This document shows, piece after piece, positions 8,919 to 17,227 of a stretch of DNA of 64,000 nucleotides (positions within the stretch are counted from its first letter, which is position 1; each line of letters begins with the position of its first letter). The translations under genes were made by a program, and so were the position numbers. This DNA is from Deltaproteobacteria bacterium (lineage in GTDB: Bacteria; Myxococcota_A; Polyangia; Polyangiales; Houyiibacteriaceae): NCBI GenBank assembly GCA_017644045.1, contig JAEPMI010000013.1, forward strand, positions 327,556 to 391,555. The letters are read 5' to 3'. The notes under the pieces are model-generated. The model did no database searches, had not been told where the DNA came from, and worked only from the letters and a program-made list of their open reading frames with translations.

Positions 8919-8977
8919 CCGAGATCGTGAGTGTCCGGAAGAACTGGCCACACATGTGTGGCCGCTCACGATCTCGG
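8919..8977. promoter_or_regulatory. Nested palindrome: 13-bp arms CCGAGATCGTGAG / CTCACGATCTCGG enclosing the perfect 18-bp palindrome GGCCACACATGTGTGGCC
   Basis: Read directly in the 131-bp spacer between 8878 and 9010. The role (terminator or operator) is not determinable from sequence. Confidence 0.5.
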
Positions 8978-9009
8978 TTGTGGAAGCTGGTGAGGGTGGA
9001 GGTGCCGCC

Positions 9010-10572
9010 ATGCCCCTTCGATTCCTCCTCGCTTCGCTGATCGTCGCGCTCGCGTGCGACGATTCACCGCCCACCGACGCCCCCGCTGGCGAGCTTCGCC
9101 CGCGCTCGGAGCCGATCGAGTACGTCGGACTCGCGGTCGAAATGCCGCTCGCGACTCCCGCGGAGCTCGAGAGCCGGCTCGGTCCGCTCTTCGGTGACAC
9201 CGCGCGAGGCGGCGCGACACTCGACGGGGTGGAGATCCAACCGGGCCTCTTCCTCTCGTCGTTCCCCGACACGCGCACGCCGGACCAGGTGGTCATCGAA
9301 CTCGCGATGGAGACGGTCAACGCGCGCGATCGACGGACGGTCCTGCGCGTCCCGGCCTCGTTCGACTACGGCCAGCTCTTCCTGGACACCGCGGCGGTGG
9401 CCCTGACCCGTGGCGCGGCGGTCGAGGCCGAGGAGCCCGGCTCCATGGATCCCTTCTTCCTCGAGTACCGAGCGGTGAGCCCGAACGGCGGCTCGCTCAC
9501 CATCGAGGTCGCGTTCGAGAACGGCGCGGCGACCCTGGAGATCGCCACCCACACGCCGGAGACCTCGTTGCAGCCCGGCCTGGTCAACGCGCCGGCCTTC
9601 GGGGGCGAGCCCTACGAGCAGCTCGCGGGGACCGTTTGGTTCACCCTCTCCCGCGACCAGTTCGACTTCTTCTCCACCCGCGCCTACGGCATCACCGCCG
9701 GCGCCGCGCAGAACTTCCAGGACTTCCGGCTGCTGCCGCACGATTGGCTCCGGCTCACCGTCACGCCGCAGCTCTCGGACGAGATGGTCAACGTGGGCTT
9801 CGAGGTGGTGGACCTGGACGGTCGCCGGATCCCGTTCGCGAACGCGCCGGCCTCGCTGCTGGCCGGTGAGCAGTTCCGCGAGAACGTCTTCCGGATGGTC
9901 CGCAACATGCTCGATCAGGAAGCGGCCGAGACCGGATCGTCGACACGCTTCACCGTGCCCTTCCACTACGACGACCCGGAGGGTGGCGGCGTGGTGAAGG
10001 TGATCGCCCAGGGACAGGGTGGCGTGTTCCAGATCGCCTACGCGGTCGAGTCCCCGCGGCAGCGGCTTCGGCCGGTGGAGTTCCTCCCCTACCAGGGCGT
10101 TCTCGACGTGCCCGACGAGCTGCCGCCGCGCGATACCAGCTGCGCGGACGTGGGCTCGACAGAGGCGGTCGAGGGTCGCTTCCTCATTCGCTTCGACGCA
10201 TCACCCACCGTGCGCGAGTCCGAAGACCTGACGCACCCGCTCCGCGGCAACATCTGGGGCAGCGTCTACCGCGCGGACGACGTCACCCTCGCCGGCCCCA
10301 ACGAGGGCGCGGAGGCCGTCGCTTCGTTCGCGTATACCGACGTCGACATCACCACGATGGGCGAGGGCGAGACCTACCCGCTCGACGTGATGCTCCCGGT
10401 CGGCGAGTACCAGCTCCTCGGCTTCATGGACGTCGACGGGAACGCGACCGATGAGATGGCCGATCCGGACGAGGGCGATCCCGTGACCCTGCCCATCGGT
10501 GGCTACGACCTGAAGTGCGCGGAGCAGCCCATCGTGGTCGAGTTCGCGCTTCTCCTCCCGCCCGGGCGGTGA
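9010..10572 (+). CDS. Lipoprotein, unknown function (520 aa)
   Basis: MPLRFLLASLIVALACDDSPP lipobox at an internal ATG, with high GC3. The stop overlaps the next gene's start (GTGA at 10569-10572). Confidence 0.65.
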   Translation: MPLRFLLASLIVALACDDSPPTDAPAGELRPRSEPIEYVGLAVEMPLATPAELESRLGPLFGDTARGGATLDGVEIQPGLFLSSFPDTRTPDQVVIELAMETVNARDRRTVLRVPASFDYGQLFLDTAAVALTRGAAVEAEEPGSMDPFFLEYRAVSPNGGSLTIEVAFENGAATLEIATHTPETSLQPGLVNAPAFGGEPYEQLAGTVWFTLSRDQFDFFSTRAYGITAGAAQNFQDFRLLPHDWLRLTVTPQLSDEMVNVGFEVVDLDGRRIPFANAPASLLAGEQFRENVFRMVRNMLDQEAAETGSSTRFTVPFHYDDPEGGGVVKVIAQGQGGVFQIAYAVESPRQRLRPVEFLPYQGVLDVPDELPPRDTSCADVGSTEAVEGRFLIRFDASPTVRESEDLTHPLRGNIWGSVYRADDVTLAGPNEGAEAVASFAYTDVDITTMGEGETYPLDVMLPVGEYQLLGFMDVDGNATDEMADPDEGDPVTLPIGGYDLKCAEQPIVVEFALLLPPGR

Positions 10573-12272
10573 GCCCGCATCACTCAGCTCGGCTTCTCCC
10601 GCTCCTCGTCGCCGCGCTGAGCTGCGGTGACGCGTTCTCGCACGACCACGTCTCCACGGGCAGCACGATTCTGGTCGCCGAGGGCGCGCTCTGGCTGACC
10701 AGCCCCGACGACGACGCGGTGGTGTCGCTCGACCTGGACTCGCTCGACGAGCTCGCGCGCTTCCCGATCGGCGGCGCGCCCGAGCGGATGCTCCGCGCGT
10801 CGGACGGTCGGCTCTGGGTCTCGCTCCCGCTCGCGGCCGCGGTCGCCACCATCGATGGGAGCCTCGTCGCGCGCCATGCGATCCCGTGTGGCGGCTCCTA
10901 CGACCTCGCCGAGCGACGAGACGGGAGCATCGCCGTGAGCTGCCCGAACGACGACCGTGTCGTCGTGCTCGATCGGGCCGGCGCCGTGGTCGCGGTCGCC
11001 GATGTCACCGGCCGCCCCCTCGCGCTCGCGGCGATGGGAGACGAGCTCCACGTCGGCCTGCAGCGGCTCGGTGGCGTTCGCGTGCTCGACGCCAGCCTGA
11101 GCTCGACTGGCGAGCGAACCCTCGAGGGCACGCCGGGTGTCCACGCGAGTCACCCCTCGCATTTCGCCGTCGATCGCTCGCGCGGTCTGGTCGGAACCTA
11201 CGAACGAGTCGAGCACGACGCGGACCGAAGCCGGCCGCCCGAGATCGGAGGCTACGGCTCGGTCGTCGACGACCAGCCCCGGATCGATCCCCGGCTGCAC
11301 GGCGCTTGCGATGGTCCGTACGCGCGCTTCGATGGCGGGCCCTTCGTCTTCAGCGGTCCGTCCGGTGCGGCGTGGGACGGCGACCTGCTCTGGGTCACAC
11401 ACCGCCAGACCGACAACGTGGCGCTGGTCCGCTGCGGTGAATCGATCACGGTCGTCGAAGCTCATCGGGTCGGTCGTGGCCCGCGCGGGATCGCGATCCA
11501 CGAGGGTCGCGCGTACGTGGACGTCGGCTTCGACCACGCGGTCGCGGTGCTCGAGAGGGGCGCCTCGACACCCGTGCTCGAGCGGCGGCGCGAGCTCGGC
11601 GAGACGCGCATGGACGCGCTCGCTCTCCGTGGCCGCGATCTCTTCCACGACGCCGTCGACATTCACCTGACGCCGAGCGGCGTGGTCACCTGCGCGACGT
11701 GCCATCCGGGTGGCACCGACGACGGGCTCACGTGGTTCCTGCACACACCGGGCGTCGATCGGAAGCTGCGCCGTACGCCGCCCGCCTGGCGCGCTCGCGC
11801 CGCGAACGCGCCCTACCACTGGGATGGCACGGTCCCGGACATCGACACGCTCGGTCGAGACACGATCCACGAGCTCATGGAAGGCGACGGACTGCTCGTC
11901 GACTACGAGGCGCTCACCGCGTACCTGGAGCAGGTCCCGGCGCCGCCGCCGCGGCCCATCGAGGACGAGGCCGCCACGAACCGCGGGGCGATGGTCTTCG
12001 TCGATGCGGGCTGCGCGGACTGTCACCCGAACGGCGGCACCGACGGCGCCACGCACACGGTGCTGGCGGCTGCCGCCGATCCCGACGCGCGCCTCGGGTC
12101 GGCAGACACCCCCACGCTCGAAGCGATCCGCGCTCGCGCGCCCTTCTTGCACGATGGGCGGGCGCCGACCCTTCGCAGCGTGCTGCTCGACCACGGCGCC
12201 ATGCACGGCGCGGCCGGTTCCCTCGGAGACGCGGAGCTGGAGGACCTCTTGGCCTACCTGGAGTCGCTGTGA
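10569..12272 (+). CDS. Lipoprotein with beta-propeller-like N-terminal half and di-haem cytochrome c peroxidase/MauG-like C-terminal half
   Basis: GTG start followed by LLPLLVAALSCGD. Two CxxCH motifs (CATCHPGG, CADCHPNG) and APFLHDGRAPTL are present. The C-terminus is LEDLLAYLESL. Confidence 0.7.
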   Translation: MSPHHSARLLPLLVAALSCGDAFSHDHVSTGSTILVAEGALWLTSPDDDAVVSLDLDSLDELARFPIGGAPERMLRASDGRLWVSLPLAAAVATIDGSLVARHAIPCGGSYDLAERRDGSIAVSCPNDDRVVVLDRAGAVVAVADVTGRPLALAAMGDELHVGLQRLGGVRVLDASLSSTGERTLEGTPGVHASHPSHFAVDRSRGLVGTYERVEHDADRSRPPEIGGYGSVVDDQPRIDPRLHGACDGPYARFDGGPFVFSGPSGAAWDGDLLWVTHRQTDNVALVRCGESITVVEAHRVGRGPRGIAIHEGRAYVDVGFDHAVAVLERGASTPVLERRRELGETRMDALALRGRDLFHDAVDIHLTPSGVVTCATCHPGGTDDGLTWFLHTPGVDRKLRRTPPAWRARAANAPYHWDGTVPDIDTLGRDTIHELMEGDGLLVDYEALTAYLEQVPAPPPRPIEDEAATNRGAMVFVDAGCADCHPNGGTDGATHTVLAAAADPDARLGSADTPTLEAIRARAPFLHDGRAPTLRSVLLDHGAMHGAAGSLGDAELEDLLAYLESL

Positions 12273-13642
12273 ACGGAAGAACCGCCATCCTGACCTCGCT
12301 CGTGCTGATCCTCGCCTGTGGCGACGACGACGATGCGACGACCGCGACCGACGCCTCCGTGGACGCCGCTCCCGCCGTGGACGCCGGGCCCTACTGGGAG
12401 CCGCTCGATCGCCCGCCGCTCCCTGCGGGCAACGCGCCGGACGCCACCGACGAAGAGCGCTACCAGGGCATGCTCCGCTTCCTCTGGGATCCGTGGGACA
12501 CGGAGGTGCTGGACCAATGGCCGCCAGCGGAGTTCATGCTGCAGCTCCTCGAGGACGAGCCCGAGGTCTTCGGTGAGCAGTTCTCCGAGTTCGGGTTCAT
12601 CCCCGACCCGAACGACGATCTGCCCATCGGACTCAAGCGCGGGCTGATGGACGACACCCGGATCCACGAGACCTGCGCGATGTGTCACGTCGCGCGGCTG
12701 CCCTCGGGCGAGCTCTGGCTCGGGCTGCCGGCGACCGAGCTCGACATCGGCGCGTTCCGCGTGGCCATCAACGAGCGCTGGGTCGCGGCAGGCAACGACC
12801 CACTCATGACCGACCTGCAGATCGCGAAGGCGCAGCAGCTCGGGCCGGGTCGCCAGAACGCGGAGAGCAGCAGCTACGAGCAGGTCGTGCCCGCCGACTT
12901 CCCGCCCTACTTCGGTCTCGGCGACCGCGACGCGATGAACTATCTCGGCACCGGCGCGGACGCTCGGACGGAGGGCTACTTCGCGATCTTCGCGTTCGGC
13001 GCCGGCGATCCGAACGATGCGGAGGCGCTCGTCCCCTTCCCGCCGACCAGCCGAACCGGTCCGATGGTGGCCTTCCTCGAGAGCATCGCGCCGCCGCCGC
13101 CCACTCCCCAGGAGCCGGGGACCGTGGCGATGGGCGAAGCGATCTTCGAGCGCGAACGCTGCAACGAGTGCCACCACGTCGACGAGCCCGGTGAGATCGG
13201 CATCGTCACCTACGACTACGAGGGAGTGGAGCGCTTTCCCGGCGACGACCCCGAGTTCCCCAACGGGAGCATCGCGACGAGCCGCTGGCATCGGGTCCTG
13301 ATCGATGGCGACGAGAGCGGTGGCGGGGCCGTCGGCGACGAAGGTCGCGCCAATCTCATCCAGTTCATCATCCGAAATCGGCTCGCGGTACGGATGAGCG
13401 ACGGCTACCGCGCGCTCGACCTCCGCGGGGTCTGGGCCACGGCGCCCTACCTGCACAATGGCAGCGTTCCGACCCTCGAAGCGCTCTTCCTGCCACCGGC
13501 CGAACGCCCCGCGAGCTTCGAACGAAGCGGCTTCACCATCGACACGAGCGTGGCTGGCAACGGCAACGGCGGCCACGATTTCGGGACCGGTCTGAGCGAG
13601 GACGAGCGCTCAGCGCTGATCGCCTACCTGCGGACCCTTTGA
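12269..13642 (+). CDS. Di-haem cytochrome c peroxidase-like lipoprotein (second paralogue)
   Basis: GTG start overlaps the previous stop (GTGA). Lipobox ILTSLVLILACGDDDD, CxxCH motifs CAMCHVA and CNECHHV, and APYLHNGSVPTLEAL are present. The C-terminus is RSALIAYLRTL. Confidence 0.7.
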   Translation: MNGRTAILTSLVLILACGDDDDATTATDASVDAAPAVDAGPYWEPLDRPPLPAGNAPDATDEERYQGMLRFLWDPWDTEVLDQWPPAEFMLQLLEDEPEVFGEQFSEFGFIPDPNDDLPIGLKRGLMDDTRIHETCAMCHVARLPSGELWLGLPATELDIGAFRVAINERWVAAGNDPLMTDLQIAKAQQLGPGRQNAESSSYEQVVPADFPPYFGLGDRDAMNYLGTGADARTEGYFAIFAFGAGDPNDAEALVPFPPTSRTGPMVAFLESIAPPPPTPQEPGTVAMGEAIFERERCNECHHVDEPGEIGIVTYDYEGVERFPGDDPEFPNGSIATSRWHRVLIDGDESGGGAVGDEGRANLIQFIIRNRLAVRMSDGYRALDLRGVWATAPYLHNGSVPTLEALFLPPAERPASFERSGFTIDTSVAGNGNGGHDFGTGLSEDERSALIAYLRTL

Positions 13643-13733
13643 ACTGGCATGCACGGGGGTGCTAGCGAGTTGGGCGCCGATCCTCTAATCTTTCCTCTAC
13701 AGGAGAGCGGCTCGCCGCCGAGGAGCAGAGAAA

Positions 13734-14300
13734 ATTTCAGCCAAAGTCTTCGTGGGTAACCTCAACTACCGGACAACGAAAGAGGACCTCGTCGAGTTCC
13801 TCTCGCCGGCAGGAGAGGTCGTCGACGCGTTTCTCCCGACCGATCGGGAAACGGGTCGACCGAGAGGGTTCGGGTTCGTGACGTTCGCCAGCGAAGACCA
13901 GGCACGTGCGTGCATCGAGCAGTTCAATGGGAAGGAGCTCGGTGGCCGAGCCCTGAACATCAACGCGGCCGAGGAGCGTCGTCGTGGTGGCGGTGGCCCG
14001 CCCGGTCGCGGTGGCCCGCCTGGTCGCGGTGGCCCTCCTCGCGGTGGCGATCGCGACCGTGGTCGCGGTGGCCGCTCGTCTCCGATCGCCGAGTTCAAGC
14101 GCGGTGGTCCGTCCGACCGACCGCCGCCCCGGCGCGGTGGTCCGGTGCCGCCTCCTCCCGAGGAGGCGGAGATCGCCTACGACCAGGAAGAGCGGAAGTT
14201 CGACGGCGGCGCCGATGAAGACGAGCCGCACTGGAAGAAGAAGAAGAAGAAGCGCAAGGGCAGCCGCCGAGGGCTGCGCGCCAAGAAGCGCAGCCTCTGA
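13734..14300 (+). CDS. RRM-type RNA-binding protein with RGG/Pro-Gly and poly-Lys tail, probable ATT start
   Basis: RNP2 (K)VFVGNL and RNP1 RGFGFVTF are present. The first canonical start (GTG 13752) would delete half of RNP2. AGGAG at 13721-13725 sits 8 nt before ATT 13734. If GTG is used, the CDS is 13752-14300. Confidence 0.8.
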   Translation: MSAKVFVGNLNYRTTKEDLVEFLSPAGEVVDAFLPTDRETGRPRGFGFVTFASEDQARACIEQFNGKELGGRALNINAAEERRRGGGGPPGRGGPPGRGGPPRGGDRDRGRGGRSSPIAEFKRGGPSDRPPPRRGGPVPPPPEEAEIAYDQEERKFDGGADEDEPHWKKKKKKRKGSRRGLRAKKRSL

Positions 14301-14309
14301 CGCCAACGC

Positions 14310-15287
14310 ATGACGATGGGGCAGCGTCGGTCACTCGGTGAGCGGTTCCGTCAGCGGGTCGGTGGCGTGGCCGCCGAGGCCTTCTTCCAGGGCCTGAGCA
14401 ACGCGGCTCGGCTCCATCCTCAGGCGCGGCCCGAGCGTCACGGGGTCGAGGTCATCCGTGACCTCGACTATCGTGGCACCGGCGACGACTTCCACCTGCT
14501 CGACGTCTATCGTCCGATCGAGCGAAACGAGCCCCTGCCCGTGGTGCTGCACATCCACGGCGGGGGCTTTCGCATTCTCTCCAAGGACACCCACTGGGTG
14601 ATGGGCCTCGCGTTCGCGCGCCGGGGCGCGATCGTGTTCAACGTCAGCTACCGGCTCGCGCCTCGTCATCCCTTTCCGGCGGCCGTCGAAGACGTGTGTG
14701 CGGCCTACGAGTGGGTCGTGGAGAACGCCGCTCGTTTCGGTGGAGACCCGTCCAAGCTCATCATCGCAGGCGAGTCCGCTGGCGCGAACCTGACGACCGC
14801 GCTCACGGTGGCGACCACCTTCGAGCGACCGGAGCCCTACGCTCGCCGGGTCTTCGAGCGAGGCATCGTCCCGATCGGCGCCATGCCCTTCTGTGGGATC
14901 CTCCACGTGTCGGAGATCGACCGCTACTTCGAGAGGGGGAAGCTCTCCCCCTGGGTGGTCGACCGGATGCGTGAGGTCTCGTCGGCGTACCTCTCCGGGC
15001 CCGAGCCGGAGCACGGGATCGATCTGGCGAACCCGTTGGTGATGCTCGAGTCCGAGCTGGAGCCGGATCGCCCGCTGCCGCCCTTCTTCGCCCCGGTGGG
15101 CACCAAGGACCCGATCCTCGACGACACGCGTCGCCTCGCCCGAGCGCTGGAACGGCGGGGCGTTCCCTGCGAGACCACCTACTATGCCGGCGAGCCCCAT
15201 GCCTTCCATGCCTTCGTGTTCCGGCAGAACGCTCGTCGTTGCTGGGCGGATGCCTACCGCTTCGTCGACCGCTGCGTCGCCGACTGA
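14310..15287 (+). CDS. Alpha/beta hydrolase, hormone-sensitive-lipase/Aes-type esterase
   Basis: Oxyanion HIHGGGF, nucleophile elbow GESAGAN, and distal DPILDD and GEPHAFH. Confidence 0.85.
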   Translation: MTMGQRRSLGERFRQRVGGVAAEAFFQGLSNAARLHPQARPERHGVEVIRDLDYRGTGDDFHLLDVYRPIERNEPLPVVLHIHGGGFRILSKDTHWVMGLAFARRGAIVFNVSYRLAPRHPFPAAVEDVCAAYEWVVENAARFGGDPSKLIIAGESAGANLTTALTVATTFERPEPYARRVFERGIVPIGAMPFCGILHVSEIDRYFERGKLSPWVVDRMREVSSAYLSGPEPEHGIDLANPLVMLESELEPDRPLPPFFAPVGTKDPILDDTRRLARALERRGVPCETTYYAGEPHAFHAFVFRQNARRCWADAYRFVDRCVAD

Positions 15288-15296
15288 GGCCCCCGA

Positions 15297-17135
15297 ATGA
15301 GCGTGGACCCGAGCGACGTCCCGTCGATCGGAGAGACGGGTTGGGTCTCGGACCGCGTGCGGCGCGCCGTGCAGACGCGTCGCATCGTCGGCCTGGTTCG
15401 CCCCTATTTCGGTCGCTTCCTGTTGGCGACCGTTTTCCTGCTCATCGGTAGCAGCATCTCGCTCGTCTACCCCCAGGCCATCCGCTACGCGCTCGACCAG
15501 GGACTCTCGGACGACGCCACCCTCGCGACCTACGATCGCATCGGCATGGGTCTCATCGGGCTCTTCCTCTTCCAGGCGATCTTCACCTGGCTGCGGCACT
15601 ACCTGATGAGCTGGCTCGGCGAACGCGCGGTGGTCGATCTCCGTATTCGCGTCGCGTCGCACATGCTCCGGCTGCCGGTCGGCTGGTTCCACGAGCGGCG
15701 CACGGGCGAGCTCGTCGGTCGGATCGCCGGCGACGTGACGCTCCTCGAGAGCTTCGTGGGCTCGCAGCTCAGCATGGGCCTGCGGAACGTCGTCACGCTC
15801 TTCGGTGCCGCCATCCTCCTCTTCGTCGTGAACGCGGAGCTCGGGCTCTTCATGCTCGCGATCGTCCCCGCGATGGTCGTGACGGTGATCGTCTTCGGGC
15901 GCTTCATCCGGAAGATGAGCAAGGGGCTGCAGGACGCGATCGCCGAGACGAACGCCCGTCTGCAGGAGAGCTTCGGAGCCATCGAGACCGTGCAGGCGTT
16001 CGGCCAGGAGGACGGCGAATCCGAGCGCTACCGAAAGGGCACCGCCTACGCCTTCTCGCGCGCGCTGAAGCTCGCCCGATGGCGCGCGTCCTTCTTCGCC
16101 GTCGCGTCGCTCTCCGGCTACCTGGCTCTCGGCGCGATCGTCTGGGTCGGCATTCGCCGGGTGGCTCAGGGCGAGATCACCGCGGGCGAGCTCATGGCCT
16201 TCGTCCTCTACTCGGGCATGGTGGCCGCGTCGCTGGCGTCGTTGGCGTCGCTGTGGGGCGCTCTCCAGCGGGCCGGCGGGGCGACCGAGCGGCTCTTCGA
16301 GATCCTCGAGACCGAGCCCGACGTGCAGGATCCCGCCGAACCGCAGCCGCTCCCCGAAGAGCCGGCGGCGTTGGTCTTCGAGGGGGTCCGCTTCGCCTAC
16401 GCCGAAGGCGACGAGGTGCTCCGCGGGATCGACCTCCGGATCGAGCCCGGTGAGACCGTTGCGCTGGTCGGACCCTCCGGCGCTGGCAAGACGACCCTCA
16501 CCAACCTCGTGTTGCGCTTCTACGATCCGACCGCGGGCCGGATCACGCTGGGAGGCGTCGACTTCCGCGACGCCGCCCTCGAAGCGCTCCGGAGCAAGAT
16601 GGCCGTGGTCCCGCAGGACCCGGTCCTCTTCGCCGAGTCGATCGCCGAGAACCTCTCCTACGGAAAGCCGGACGCCAGCCGCGAGGCGATCGAAGATGCC
16701 GCCGCGAGAGCCTTCGCCGCCGAGTTCATCGAGGGCTTCCCGGACGGATACGCGACCGTGTGCGGTGAGCGAGGCGTGAAGCTCTCCGGTGGGCAGCGAC
16801 AGCGTATCGCCATCGGGCGAGCGCTGCTGGTCGACCCTCAGATCCTGATCCTCGACGAGGCGACCTCGAGTCTCGATGCCCAATCCGAGGCCTACGTTCA
16901 GCGGGCGCTCGCGGCGGCGGCGGAAGGCCGCACCACCCTGGTGATCGCCCACCGTCTCTCCACCGTTCGCGACGCGGACCGCATCGTGGTCCTTCGCGAC
17001 GGACGCGTGGTCGAGCAGGGGACTCACGACTCGCTCATGGCTGCCGGCGGGCTCTACCGTGACCTGGTGCAGCACCAGCTCGAGGCTTCGCCGGAGCCCG
17101 AAGGTCCGGCCCTCGCCGCAGGCGGTGGGGCATGA
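15297..17135 (+). CDS. ABC transporter, fused permease/ATPase (MsbA/multidrug exporter type)
   Basis: Six-TM N-terminal half, Walker A GPSGAGKTT, signature LSGGQRQR, Walker B ILILDEATS and H-loop VIAHRL. Confidence 0.9.
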   Translation: MSVDPSDVPSIGETGWVSDRVRRAVQTRRIVGLVRPYFGRFLLATVFLLIGSSISLVYPQAIRYALDQGLSDDATLATYDRIGMGLIGLFLFQAIFTWLRHYLMSWLGERAVVDLRIRVASHMLRLPVGWFHERRTGELVGRIAGDVTLLESFVGSQLSMGLRNVVTLFGAAILLFVVNAELGLFMLAIVPAMVVTVIVFGRFIRKMSKGLQDAIAETNARLQESFGAIETVQAFGQEDGESERYRKGTAYAFSRALKLARWRASFFAVASLSGYLALGAIVWVGIRRVAQGEITAGELMAFVLYSGMVAASLASLASLWGALQRAGGATERLFEILETEPDVQDPAEPQPLPEEPAALVFEGVRFAYAEGDEVLRGIDLRIEPGETVALVGPSGAGKTTLTNLVLRFYDPTAGRITLGGVDFRDAALEALRSKMAVVPQDPVLFAESIAENLSYGKPDASREAIEDAAARAFAAEFIEGFPDGYATVCGERGVKLSGGQRQRIAIGRALLVDPQILILDEATSSLDAQSEAYVQRALAAAAEGRTTLVIAHRLSTVRDADRIVVLRDGRVVEQGTHDSLMAAGGLYRDLVQHQLEASPEPEGPALAAGGGA

Positions 17136-17227
17136 GGCCTTCGCGCCCCTCCATTCCTCCGTCGCGTCGCGAGCGACGCCGGAGCCGAGAGCCCCAGCCG
17201 CCGCCGCTGAGTCCCACGCGGGACCGG

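Noticed and set aside
8650-9009. N-terminal extensions of many track ORFs (8650, 11699, 23810, 39311, 6593-8545, 22059-23357, 23290-24750, 3063, 17132, 19635)
   Set aside because: The extensions are Arg/Pro/Gly-rich and overlap the preceding gene. Each is followed by an internal start that introduces a signal peptide/lipobox or a family-typical N-terminus, so I used the internal starts.
10584-12206. 540-aa minus-strand ORF, and similar ones at 24908-27103, 26946-28769, 42340-43392 and 44014-45954
   Set aside because: Each lies antisense to a gene with recognisable motifs (CxxCH, esterase, kinase H/N/G boxes and so on) and has Arg/Pro/Gly-dominated composition.
14331-17075. 914-aa minus-strand ORF antisense to the esterase and ABC transporter genes
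   Set aside because: The plus strand carries unambiguous HGGG/GxSxG and Walker A/B/signature motifs. The antisense product is Arg/Gly/Glu/Val-rich with no motif, a typical high-GC stop-codon-free artefact.
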